Positions 38,301 through 50,400 of a stretch of DNA of 64,000 nt are shown here, in pieces. Made by a program: the position numbers and the translations under genes. This DNA comes from Ylistrum balloti (lineage: Eukaryota). Every line of letters begins with the position of its first letter. The first letter of the stretch is position 1. The notes below the pieces were generated by a model. It worked only from the letters and a program-made list of their open reading frames with translations. It was not told the origin of the DNA and made no database searches. The stretch is from positions 1,736,001 to 1,800,000 of the forward strand of contig NW_026782190.1 in assembly GCF_031769215.1 (NCBI RefSeq), in the 5' to 3' direction.

Positions 38301-41300
38301 AGCGTGCAATTGGCCCTTCAGAATTTTGCGATAAAACCAAAATAAAAGAGACAAATAGATGGACAAACTGATTACAATATGGCAGACGTTTTGGAAAGAT
38401 AATGAAAACGGAATACCCATGTTGTTACTAAAGCTACGTCTTCATTTTTTGACTTTGCAAGTTCTAGGAATCTACGCATGTAGACGTAAGTCCTCGTGTC
38501 TATAGTATCCACCCGCTTGTTTCCTGACAGAGGTCGGTAGGCATAGTGTTTGATAGCGCTGAATACGGATGACAGATTTGTGTTCCGGGACTGCCACAAT
38601 GCATTGGATTGTGGGAAATCTACAATAGCTTCCTTCAACAATGACCCCAGGCCAAGATTCACAGACGTATCATCAAAATCTGGAGGTATCCGGAATACGC
38701 TTTCGTAAATAGATCTGAAAAAGATTTTTTGTGTAATATCATATCGTCCATCATGATTCACCAATACGATATTATATTTGAGTTCGATGTCAAAATGAAA
38801 TGTAGCATTGTAAGTAAATAAAGCTCTGGATAACCAAATATGCGTGTTATCTATATCTGGAAAATGGCATGGCAAAAAAGCAAACTAAGACACCTCATCA
38901 TTTCATTTCCCCAAATAATACAAAATACAATATTTTTCGCCAAATTTAGTTTCGATTATGTCTATCACATAACCAGTCGGTAGAAGTAGTATGCATTTTT
39001 TTATTGTGGTTAAACGTGAAACATACAGAAAGGTAGTCATCAACAGAAAAAGGGTGATTGATCACACGGTTAAGGTTTCGTCATTTATAACTGATCTGAT
39101 TTATGTTTAGTGAAATTCATTACATAAATTGTGTAAAACACCTCGCGTAAATGTGACTGCTGGAAAATCACATTGTTTCAATTATAAACTTCTCACTAAA
39201 GAGATATGGAGTGAGAACATCGCCCATTTAGACATTTTTTTTAATTAATAAATGATGGAATATTATTTGGTTATCAGAAACATTCATTTCCATTTCATAT
39301 GAGTTTTATTTACTAGCTAGTCATAGAGTTTTCTACTTTTCCAAGACTCTTTATAAATAAAGGTTAAAGGATTGTGTTTTACTGGTTCTAGTGTTTGTGC
39401 ATAGCACTTCAAATTAATAACAATCTTCCTATCCTCGCCGTCCCTACAGGTGTAGTGTCACCTTATCCTGACACAGGAACGAAGTATACTATAATCAACA
39501 CATTTTTTCGCGAGTATGGTTAATTTTTTATTCAATCCCAACTCTTTTATATCGAAAATTATAATCTGTTAAACAAACATTACAAAAATCTTTGTCAATT
39601 GCCTCGGACGTCTAAGCTCATAATGGTAGTTTTACCTTGTTAAACTTTGAAAATGTAACCATTTATCATTTTATGACGTCATTACACGTCATTTTCACTT
39701 ATCGAAGTTTAATACCTCAGTGTTTAGTCTACTTTAGTAAAAATGTGTCGTAACTAAAGGTAATAGTATGTAAGTATAAGTATACTTAGTGGCGAGAAGT
39801 CCCTTCATGATGTCCACTACGTCCTTTAGTCCAATCTTCTCCATCTCCTCATATACTGCATTCCAGTTGACAAGATCAGTGGCGTTAAACATTGAGAGCA
39901 AGTTGATTGGAGTGCTGACCCAGCCCTAAATGAAAACCAAAAGCACTAAAAAGTGGTGGGAGTGCGGACCAAGCCCTGGATGATAAACAAAAACACCAAA
40001 AGCTGGTGGGAGTGCTGATCAAGCCCTAGATGATAAACAAAAACACCAAAACTTGGTGGGAGTGCTGACCAAGCTCTCAAGAAAAAAACCCAACTGTAAG
40101 TCGATGTGATTGCTGACCTCACTTTTCATGAGAAACAAAAACACTAAAAGTTATAAGAAGTGTTGATCCAAAGATTTATTTTCTGCGTCTATCGTCTAGT
40201 TGCTCATGATATCTTAACTGTACGATGAGATTTCTCTGTAATCTAAGAAATCATATACCTGCATTGTATAATCTTCATTGGCAGCTTACCAACCCCAATG
40301 TGTGATTTGTTAATATTTACGTAAGGCTTGTGTAAGTATATACTGCCTTATCGTTACTTACACAGGTTGTGAATGTACGATGTTTGCTTACATCTCTTAA
40401 TCTAAAGTTTTAAATGTAAGAAAACTAGATTTAATGTAACATTTTATATGCATTTACAAATAATTATAAAATATGGATTTAATTTTGTGCTTTTGTAAAT
40501 ATTTTGTTGTAGTTATATCAACAATATAACAATTCAAATGAATTCCCCGCTGTTCTACGGAGATAATAAAACAATTCATTTTTAATTTTTGGTTTTTGGT
40601 TTTTTTGTTTTTTTTTTTTAAATGTATCGCTATCAAATGGAAATTTATTTATTATGCCCCTCGAATTTTTGGGGATGCACATAGTCGCCACCTTTCCCGT
40701 CTATTGTCCTTTTCGTGTCCGGAGTATAATTTTGTCAACAGTTATTCATCAGTTACGCCGACATAATACCTTTCTTAAAATTTCGTTTCCGGAGCTTATC
40801 TTTACATGCATTTGAACTAGGATCGTGAAACTTTGTACACACATTGGTCATATTAAGACAAGATGTGTTTACCAAAGTCAGGGCCTGCAATCCTTTAATT
40901 ACAGAGTTATCGCCCTTTGATAAAATGTTGTGTCCGTAGCATAACGGTGCTCACATTTAAACTAGAATAATGAAGTTATATTATATAAAATAGATGATAT
41001 GATCACACTGAATGCAATTTGCACTTAATATCATATCTCAAGCAGATGTATTTGGTATTTAAACCGTTGGTACATTAGATATTACGAATGTAGCCACAGT
41101 GACTTACCTTGTATTTTTCGTCATACTCCTGAGGCCAAAATGCCATGATTGAGTTAGTATAGTTTGTGTTTTTGTCGTTGTGATTGTCCATTAAAATATC
41201 AATCGACATACTGATTTGCTCCTCGGAAGGCTTCGGTGCTTTTCCATATCGATAAGCTTCCATGAGGCACGATGTTATCCAGGCAGTTGCAAACATGTTA

Positions 41301-41554
41301 TTATCAAATACTTTAAACTCATAACGGAGGGCGCTCATGTCAGGGTTTCCATGAAAATACTGTCGAACATCGCTTTCATAAATTCCGCGAAATTTCCCCC
41401 AGAAAAATGGCGGTATTGAGGGCACCGTCCGTTGTACCTGCATCAGCTTTATTCTTTTGAATAGTGCTTCGACCGTTTCCTCCACGTCTCCATAAGTAGG
41501 ACTAATAACGGTAAAACATCCTAACACGATTAATGATAATGTGATTCCCTCCAT
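32399..41554 (-). CDS. Uncharacterised secreted protein, 625 aa, with PDxDDT (class II terpene-cyclase-like) motif, copy A; exons 41554-41108, 39925-39786, 38714-38417, 37743-37576, 37258-37085, 36185-36033, 34290-34185, 33336-33215, 32668-32399
   Basis: All eight introns GT-AG with consistent phases (0,2,0,0,0,0,1,0); uninterrupted frame; signal peptide MEGITLSLIVLGCFTVISPTYG. The gene structure is high confidence; the function is inference. Confidence 0.9.
35188..35215 (+). ncRNA. Deleted remnant of a minimal hammerhead ribozyme
   Basis: GCACTA CTGACGA GTCC TAGAA GGA, then loss of CGAAACAGCTG relative to 48161-48204. Confidence 0.65.
36560..37084. repeat. 30-bp intronic minisatellite derived from the exon 5 donor region, ~17.5 copies
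   Basis: Minus-strand unit ATCTATAACGGTCTTCACTATCATTTAAAT, homologous to the exon end ACATATAATGGTCTTCCTCACCACGTGAGT. Confidence 0.95.
39926..40085. repeat. ~47-50-bp minisatellite made of the exon 2 splice-acceptor junction, ~3 extra copies
   Basis: Repeats of (minus strand) TTTTTGTTT.TCAT..AG GGCTTG.TCAGCACTCCC. Confidence 0.9.
40648..41040. mobile_element. Probable non-autonomous Helentron-associated (HINE-like) element with internal ~150-bp repeats
   Basis: Starts TTATTATGCCCC..GGGG..CATAG; internal repeats of GTGTCCGGAG(T/C)ATAA. Family assignment from recall. Confidence 0.4.
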
Positions 41555-41994
41555 GTCTAATGGGCGAAACTAACGACCATCAAACTCTAGACCTATTCCT
41601 CGCAGTGGACCACGTCAGACTTGTAGAATAGGTGTTCTTTATCCGGCACATAAGGTCACAATACTTGTCTGAAAGCCTTATCGCAAACGATTACACATAA
41701 CAAGACATTCAAACCATTGTAAAGTGATTCGTTAGTTGGTTTGTCCTGCTTCCCATTTGTTTCTGTCTTGTCTTGACTTCAAACATTGTCATGTTTTGTG
41801 ATTAGTAAGCTATTTTGTCTTGTTTTCCATTTTTCTTGTCTTGTTTTCTAATATTGTCATGTTTTAAACAATACCAATTTAGCTGCAATGTATCTTTGGA
41901 TTGGAATTTAGGATTGAAAGGCGCAGTTATTTTCTGTGTCTTTTATAGAATATCTTACAAACATGAAGTATGCGATGAGAAGTTATTTATTTGA

Positions 41995-43060
41995 CCAGGT
42001 ATACACACCGATACAGACTACCAGGCAAAGGTTTTATACACACCGATACAGACTACCCAGCACAGGTCCTATCACCGATACAGACTACCCAGCACACGTC
42101 TTAAATACACCGATACAGACTACCCAGCACAGGTCCTATACACACTGATAGAGACTACCCAGCACAGGTCCTATACACACTGATATAGACTACCCTGCAG
42201 AGGTCCTATACACACCGATACAGACTACCCAGCACAAGTCTTATATACACCGATACAGACTTCCCAGCATAGGTCATATACACACCGATATAGACTACCC
42301 AGCACCCGCCCTATACAAACTGATACAGACTATCGAGTACAGGTCTTATACACTTTGATACAGACTACCCAGCACACGACCTATACACACCGATACAGAC
42401 TTCCCAATACAGGTTCTATACACACCGATGCAGACTACACAATACAGGTTCTATACACACCGATGCAGACTACACAATACAGGTTCTATACACAACGATG
42501 CAGACTAACCAGCACAGGTCTTAAACACACCGATACAGATTACCAAGCACAGGTCTGATACACATCGATACACACTCCCAGCACAGGTCCTATACACATC
42601 GATACAGACTACCTAGCACAGGTCTTATAGACACCGATACAGACTATCCAGCATAGGTCTTATACACACGGATACAGTCTACTCAGCACATGTCCTATAC
42701 ACACTGATACAGAATGCACAGCACAGGTCTTGTACACACTGATACAGACTACCCAGCACAGGTGCTATACACACTGATACAGACTACCGAGTACAGGTCT
42801 TATACACACTGATACAGACAACCCAGCGCACGACCTATACACACCGATACAGACTACCCAATACAGGTTCTATACACACCGATGCAGACTAACCAGCACA
42901 GGTCTTAAACACACCGATACACACTCCCAGCACAGGTCCTATACACACCGATACAGACTACCCAGCACACGTCTTATACACACCGATACAGACTACCCAG
43001 CACAGGTCTTATACACACCGATACAGACTACCCAGCACATGCCCTTACACACCGATACAG
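41995..43060. repeat. 35-bp minisatellite, second array (~30 more diverged copies)
   Basis: Same monomer as 28400-30911. Confidence 0.98.
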
Positions 43061-44444
43061 CCACTTAATGTACATCTTCCCTTACACTAATTTGTATTTT
43101 GGATTAAACACATATTTCATGACATTACCTCACAGAAAAAAACAAACTTTAAGTGGCATAGTTATGATACTTTTATTTCATTTAATTTAAGGGAAATCCA
43201 TATAGTAATGTCGCTTCAGCTAGTTCTTGAAAACAATCCACATACAGTGTATGTTGATTTTCATAATTTAAAAACATATTCACTGAATGTCCTGTCAGCC
43301 TTTCCATGATAACATAGATACATTGTAAGTAGATGTCGTTATTTAACCATATTTGGTTTACTTAACTATTCATTATCAGTTAGTCAATCGCCGAGAATGG
43401 AATCCATCCCGTTGTCATCGCCGACACCGATATGGAAAAACAATAGCCATTGATCGCATTATCCAGACATTACGCAGTCCTTAACTTTTTTACAATGGAG
43501 TTCATGATATATTAAAATTTGGGAGCAAAGGTACAAGTTGTTGTACAGATGTACTGGGACTCTGAACAGAATGTTATGATGGGTAGAGTATTTGACAATC
43601 ACATGAGAGTATACAATGCATGTTTCATGTGAAAAATACATGTATGTAAAAGTATCAAGTTTTTGTTTTGATATTAATGAAATATGAATTTTAATCTATA
43701 AATGACTAACCTTATCTTTGTATTCAGGTTATGAGAGAGCGTTTTCTTGTCCGAAGAGGACTCAGATATACCTCAGAAATAGACTGTCGACGAAAAAATC
43801 TCATTAGAATATCTTAAGACGGCCAGGATTTGGGAAACATTAATTTTGTTTATTGCACAGACCAATATGCCACATTTAGACGAAAAAAGATTGACTTCAA
43901 ATGATTGTAGACATAAATAAAATGTAGCATTTCTTACAATAGCTAGTATATAAAATTATATTGTTACGAACTGCGAACCGAATAGTCGTGAGCCTGGAAT
44001 TTAAATGTGTACCTAGGTCGATAGGCTGAGTTTTATACAATTATAACATATAACATATTATTGAGTCAGGGGAACTAACTCCTGTGAACATTATACATAT
44101 CTTAGGACATAGGGAGAATACATTTCTATATTATATTATTTTAATGTAGATCAGTGGATCCATTTCAATCATAAAAATAAGTCATTTCTCTTGTAATTTT
44201 GAAATGTTTGTTTCAGTTTGTGAATATTTCTTTTTATAATTTGGTAGTTGTAACATGTTTGTAATGTCATTATATGTTCTTAATATGTTAAGACAATGAA
44301 ACAATTCGTATATAACGTACAATCCAAGCCAATCTTCAATATATCATAGAAACTCATAAATATCCATAGAAGAAGTTTTTTTGTGTTTTTATTTTATACC
44401 GTTACAAAAGAAACGTAGATATATGTGATGATAATTAACATGGT

Positions 44445-47400
44445 TCACACAATATTGCTGAAGGTGGACAGGGCTAACATCGTAACAGCGTATGTGTATG
44501 GCTCTGAGGACCAGAACGGAAAGTATCTATCCTGATGGTTAAATCCAGGGAAGTCGATAGGTGATCTCATTGTAGCCTCTTCTTCATTGTACCAGGTTTC
44601 ATTCGGAACCCCTTGCATTCCTCGGATGGTAGCAGAATGGTAATGATGATTTGGAAGAACCTTGGTCCCATTGAAATATTCATGCCGATTCGCTGGATAC
44701 TCTGACCAAGACGTCTAAGAAAACGGAAAAATTAAAAGAAAATATATTATTAATTTATACATATTTGTTTAATCCAACTTCATTTAAGATCTAGGATCCT
44801 TGTTATGAAATATTCGCTTAAAATGAAAAAAGTGAATGCGTGTAAAAGGTATGAATGATTACATATACATCATAGAGATAAACTATCAATCATTGCCTCA
44901 ATAGATCGAATACGCCTTATTTCAAACGATGAGAAAAAATTGTCCTGAACCCTCCTTTCAAAATTCCATGGTACTGCAATAAACAATATGACCACACCCA
45001 TCATATTCTAGTATCAGTTTTAAGGGATTTTTTTTTATTTCTTTATATATGTTAATGGTACAGTTGATATTGCAATTAAGTGAGATGATAATTTTTCTGG
45101 TGATACATCCTTAAGTGAAATTATTATGAAAAATAATTTAATGATAAAATATAATATATAAATATAATAATAAAGATAATTTTGAAATAGATGTGATAAA
45201 TAATAACAAAATATCAAAATTTCAGAAAATCCTTTTAAGTATTTCGGGTTAGACACTGCAATTGGTTTTAACCCTTCAAACACTGTATTAATGACATAAT
45301 TAGGACAAAAGATGTATTAAACCCAGACTTATTTTTCAATAATCAAGATACACTAAAGAGAGTGAATGGTAAATTATGTATATATCAGAAAGCTTTTAAA
45401 AAGTTCCCTGTATTGAAATAATTAAAAACCTAGTCTCAAGAAAAACGCCTTTAAAATATATATTTCATATACTCTATACTAGAATCATACCAGGATTTCT
45501 TTTTTTCAATGAAATTTATTCAATCGAATATTTTCTAGTATATCTCTCCACCAAATTCTATGACAAGTAATATATAAGCGAGATGTTTCCATTTCCCTCT
45601 TTTGGATTTTCCATTTCATATTGATAATAATCTTGTGCGTGTTCACATTTACCATTCCTTACAATATCCAAACGGTTAGACACTATTTCTACGAGACGTA
45701 GGTAGATGAAGACGTAAGAGTAGTTTAAAGGCTGCAACGTAACGCTGAACATTCCTGCAGTGCAAAAATTGGTTTTGCCTTTCGTCAGTATAATCTGATT
45801 GAAAGTTGTGTCCTGCTTTGGGATTCGACAGTTTATTTCAGTATGGTAACACTATAAATTCGGCATCACTTCCGCACTGTCACAAGAAGGGTCTCATGAA
45901 CACATCGTAGCAGAAATGCAGGTACTCAACACATAAACATAAATACTTAGGGAAGGAGGCCATCTTTAAAACGATTCTATCTGTTGATATCAAACCAAAT
46001 CACAAACACCCATTTTTCTGTTGTATCACTAATTTTTACCGTGTTCTTATTCAGGAACGTTATACTATTTAGAGAAGGACACGTTCAAATAATGTAAATA
46101 TTTCATTTGGTTTTAGCTTGCCTTCATCGATTTTGTTCAGATATTCGTGTTTTTCTCTTCATGAGATCAACACCATTACGCTCATTACTTCTGTTTTAGA
46201 AACCCTTTTTTTTGCCCTTATAACATGAAAAACCTTCAATTGACATGAATTTACTAAAAACTAATGTTGTAGAAATCATATCCGATTTGTTTCGTAACTT
46301 TCAGGGTAAATGTTGACATACACATAGACTCTAGAACAAATACAATTATATAAATTGTCTACATCATTTACCCCTGATCCTTTGACGGAGCCAGAAAAGA
46401 AAGCATTCCAAGGTTTATACTCTCCAGACAATATGTACGTATCCAGGAACTTCGCAGCACGTGTTACGACGTCTTTAACCTCTTTTGGCGTAGCTGAAAA
46501 GAAACTTTACGATATGAAGAGAGTACCTAGTTGCAACAATGTTCCATTACATACCCATAAATGATGTTAATTTATTTGGAAAACGGTATTAATTATTACT
46601 TTGTAGCCAGATTACTCAGTAACTTGTATGTCTGATTACGATAACTAAGGTGTGTGACGTCAGTAACCAACGACGTTAATTTCAACAATGACATTGCAAA
46701 GGTCATGAGACGTGATAAAGGAACACTGATTATCACCACTTCATGTATTTGAATCTCGCTTTTAATTATATTATGTTATGTTTTGTGTAACAAAGCATTT
46801 ATAAGTCTGACTATCTTTGTAGTGTACATTCATCGACTAATTACCTTGATATCTAATGAAAACATAAAGAATAGGACAGTTTACCATGTACCAGAATGAT
46901 GAAATTGTTGATTTCAGTTATCAAGTTTTGAACTCGGCCTTTCTTAATTGTTAAAACCTGCTTAAAATTAAAATATTAAAACTAATCTGATAATCAGTGT
47001 CACTGACGTAATGTTTTGAGATATGACTCAAATAAAAATGGACGAAAGTATAGTAGCGGGATATCATCGTTGTAGGTAAATTATGTCTGTCTGCGTTTAA
47101 ATTACAATGAAGAACTTTCATGCTCAGTTTCAAACAAGGAATACCGTCTTTGACTAAACTGCGGGAGTGTTTGCACCTATAGATACACCACATATATAAT
47201 AGCAGTGGAACAATCTGGACTACCAATGTATCGTAGACGTTAAAATGTTTGAACCAAATTATAAAACGAAACTATGTTCCTCTGGGCCTATTATATAGCT
47301 AAGAAGCAAGTTTTCAGATAGGATCGACACTTCAACTCACTTTGGTTCCAGATCAGTGTTCCTGATTTTTCCTCAAAAGATGTCCAGATTGTTATGAGTG

Positions 47401-50400
47401 CATTCGCGGCCATTGCTGTTGTAAACAAGCGGTCCTCGCCGTATTTCTGTGAAGGAAGATTATATATAATACAGAAAATGTAGATTTAACGAAGAAAAGA
47501 ATGGATTTTAACGACAATTGTAACAAAAGTCATTTTAACGTTAAAACGTTACTGTAAATATAGGGTAGCTACATGACAGCACTAAAGTAACCATATAGTT
47601 TACAAGGATTTAAAACATTTCCAAATAACTTTATTCATCCACCAAGAATGATGTGAATGAATATGGTCAACCGTATGATGACTTTTAATGCATTTTGCAA
47701 ACATATTTATACATAGTCATAATGGTGACACACATGAAAAATGCAGTATGGCATTATTCGACAAATATATCACTGGCGTTGTCAGTATAATCATATCGTT
47801 GTCCAATTTTGGCAGGAAAATTATCTATAACCAATGGTTTTTATGTTTACGAAGAAAACAATGAAGTTGATATTGTTGTCAATTCACATTTAGATCGTTC
47901 AAGAGATATTCGGCCTTTTGCTTGGTCCTCGGCGTTTCTATATATACATATGTTTGCCACGTTTAAATTCACAGTAATAGCGACACGATTCAGAAAATAC
48001 ACAGGTACTTGACCCTATTCTAAAATTATCTGGTGTATGGAAATTACGAAATTAATCCGTTTATGGGGCTACTGCACCTCCCCGTCTAGATTTCGACTTT
48101 CCTTTTGATCACTTTCAATTTTCCTCAGTCGTCTCCTAGGCTTCAAATTATAGGCCCTTAGCATTACTGACGAGTCCTAGAAGGACGAAACAGCTGAATG
48201 ATGCACTAAAATTCATTGTTTGACTCTATTGTATCTCACTCTTATTATGAAAAGGTGCTATTCACTTGTGTGTCTTTTGTACAATCACATAGTAGAGTGC
48301 TTTGTAATGTAGTTTCTCGATTGAGATATTTATAGGTCAATACTATCTATACTATACCTTTTAAATCATCCGGATGAAATTGCTTTTCGGAACGTTTTGA
48401 GAGGCAATTGTGAGTGACGTTGTTGGGTTATGTCAACCATTTAACAATCGTCAAAATTGATTGTCAATACGGATGCGATTTGGGTGACTTTGAATTAAAA
48501 TAACGTGATTTTTTTTATCCAAGTGCAGCATGCATCTGATAACACAATTATCGTTTGAATGCCACTTTTTTCATCACATTTTGTAGGACAGCAGTTAGGG
48601 CATTCATTGACTCCAGTCCGATATGTATTCTCGATAGAAAAAAATTTGGATTATTTTTCCCCAACGGTCTTGGTCATATGGACAATAAATACAATCTGAC
48701 GATTACGCAGTAGTTATATTCAGCAATGTGTATACGTAATGGTGTTTACTTGTACATCTATTTATAGGAATTGTTTCCAGAAAATCACTACTTTCTGAAT
48801 GATTGACGTTAAGCTACCATGAATTCTTAATCGGATTGCATTGCGGATTGACGCCATATTTTGTATGTTGATTTAGAACGTATATACACAACCTTAAATA
48901 GAATACGGGTAAAACGTTAGTTAACTTGATGCAAAATCATATTTCCGTCTTACTCTGTATGTTTTAAATAACCTAGTAATATACAAACCACTGGTTTGCC
49001 TTCAGCGTCGGTATCCCCATCTCCGAGAAAATCATCATAATACACCATATCGGTTCCTTGTGGTATAGCTTCCTTAAGCATTATTGTTGTAGCGTTGTTT
49101 CTCAGTACGTCTCCAAGAATATCCATCGCCGCTTTCATTGTCTGTACAACGAAAGGCAATAAATGTCATATCGTATTTGATAATACACCAGTACATTTCT
49201 AAATGTTGGAATTGATGACGTTACAAGAAATCTGGATTATCTAAAACGTTTTTTAAACTTTTCATATGGCCACATAGATGTCGTGATAATGTCCTTATTT
49301 CAAACCAGTTAGTGTGCCAAAAGCCTCCCATAAGTTGCATAAGAGGTTAGATAATTAAGTAATTGTTTCGCCATAAACTGTTGAACCAATATTCTACATT
49401 TCCCTACAAAAATTCGTGCATATTCTCAAGGGACAGGGATTTCCAGGAAAACACTCTCTTTAAAATATTCACTGATAATTAATTATACATATTTAAATAA
49501 TAGTGAAGACCGTTATAGGTATTTAAATGATAGAGGAGACCGTTATAGATATTTAAATGATAGTGAAAACCGTTATAGATATTTAAATGAATGTGAAGAC
49601 CGTTATATATATTTTCCTGTTGATGAAGACTGTTACAGATACTCACGTGGTGAGGAAGACCATTATATGTGTATCGTCTTTGAAGCTGGCTGTATGTCCT
49701 GGCCACGAACCAATAAAACTCTATAGCTGATGGATAGTAGGTCAGTGCTAGGTCAGGACGGCTAGAGAAATTGGTGTTGATCTGAAAGGCTATCATCGAT
49801 GTCGTGTTCAGGTAGATTTGCTAGAAGTTTGAAGAAAACAAAACAAATTCAGCATATCATGCGTTTCATTAATTGAAAAGCAGCATGTCCTTCCCTCGAG
49901 TATACCATCGCTGGACAAGGTTATGTTGCTAAATCTGTCAGGAAGGTGTTATTTCATTATACACTCTTGTGCTCATACCAAATCTAACAAAATATATTGA
50001 CTTTTATATGACCATTCTTTTCAAATGAAAGTGTAACATCCTTAAATTATTTGCTGGTGTCATTAAAGGTGACAAAAATGAAAATATTCAATAACATAAA
50101 CTTAGATTACTATTATTTCAACATATTCAATTATGACACGTATTTGCCATGAAATGTCACCTGCATATCCGGGTCCTCCAGGACCTCCGCCGTGACAAGA
50201 CCCGTCAGTATACTGTTGGTGATACCGAATAAGGCGTTGGCTGCTACGGTTATGTCAACGTTGTTTACGTTACCCGGGGTAACCACGCCCGTGTAGTATT
50301 GGGTCTTTATATCCTCCAGATCTTGTACCTGTAGTTAATATATAAATCAATCTCTTCAAAGTTCTTAACTCAGATCACAACTGCTAAGATTTATCATATT

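Noticed and set aside
39440-39485. GC-richer island in intron 2, conserved in copy B (51820-51870), as a possible micro-exon
   Set aside because: Exons 2 and 3 already join in phase; the sequence (TCACCTTATCCTGACACAGG) looks like a common interspersed repeat fragment.
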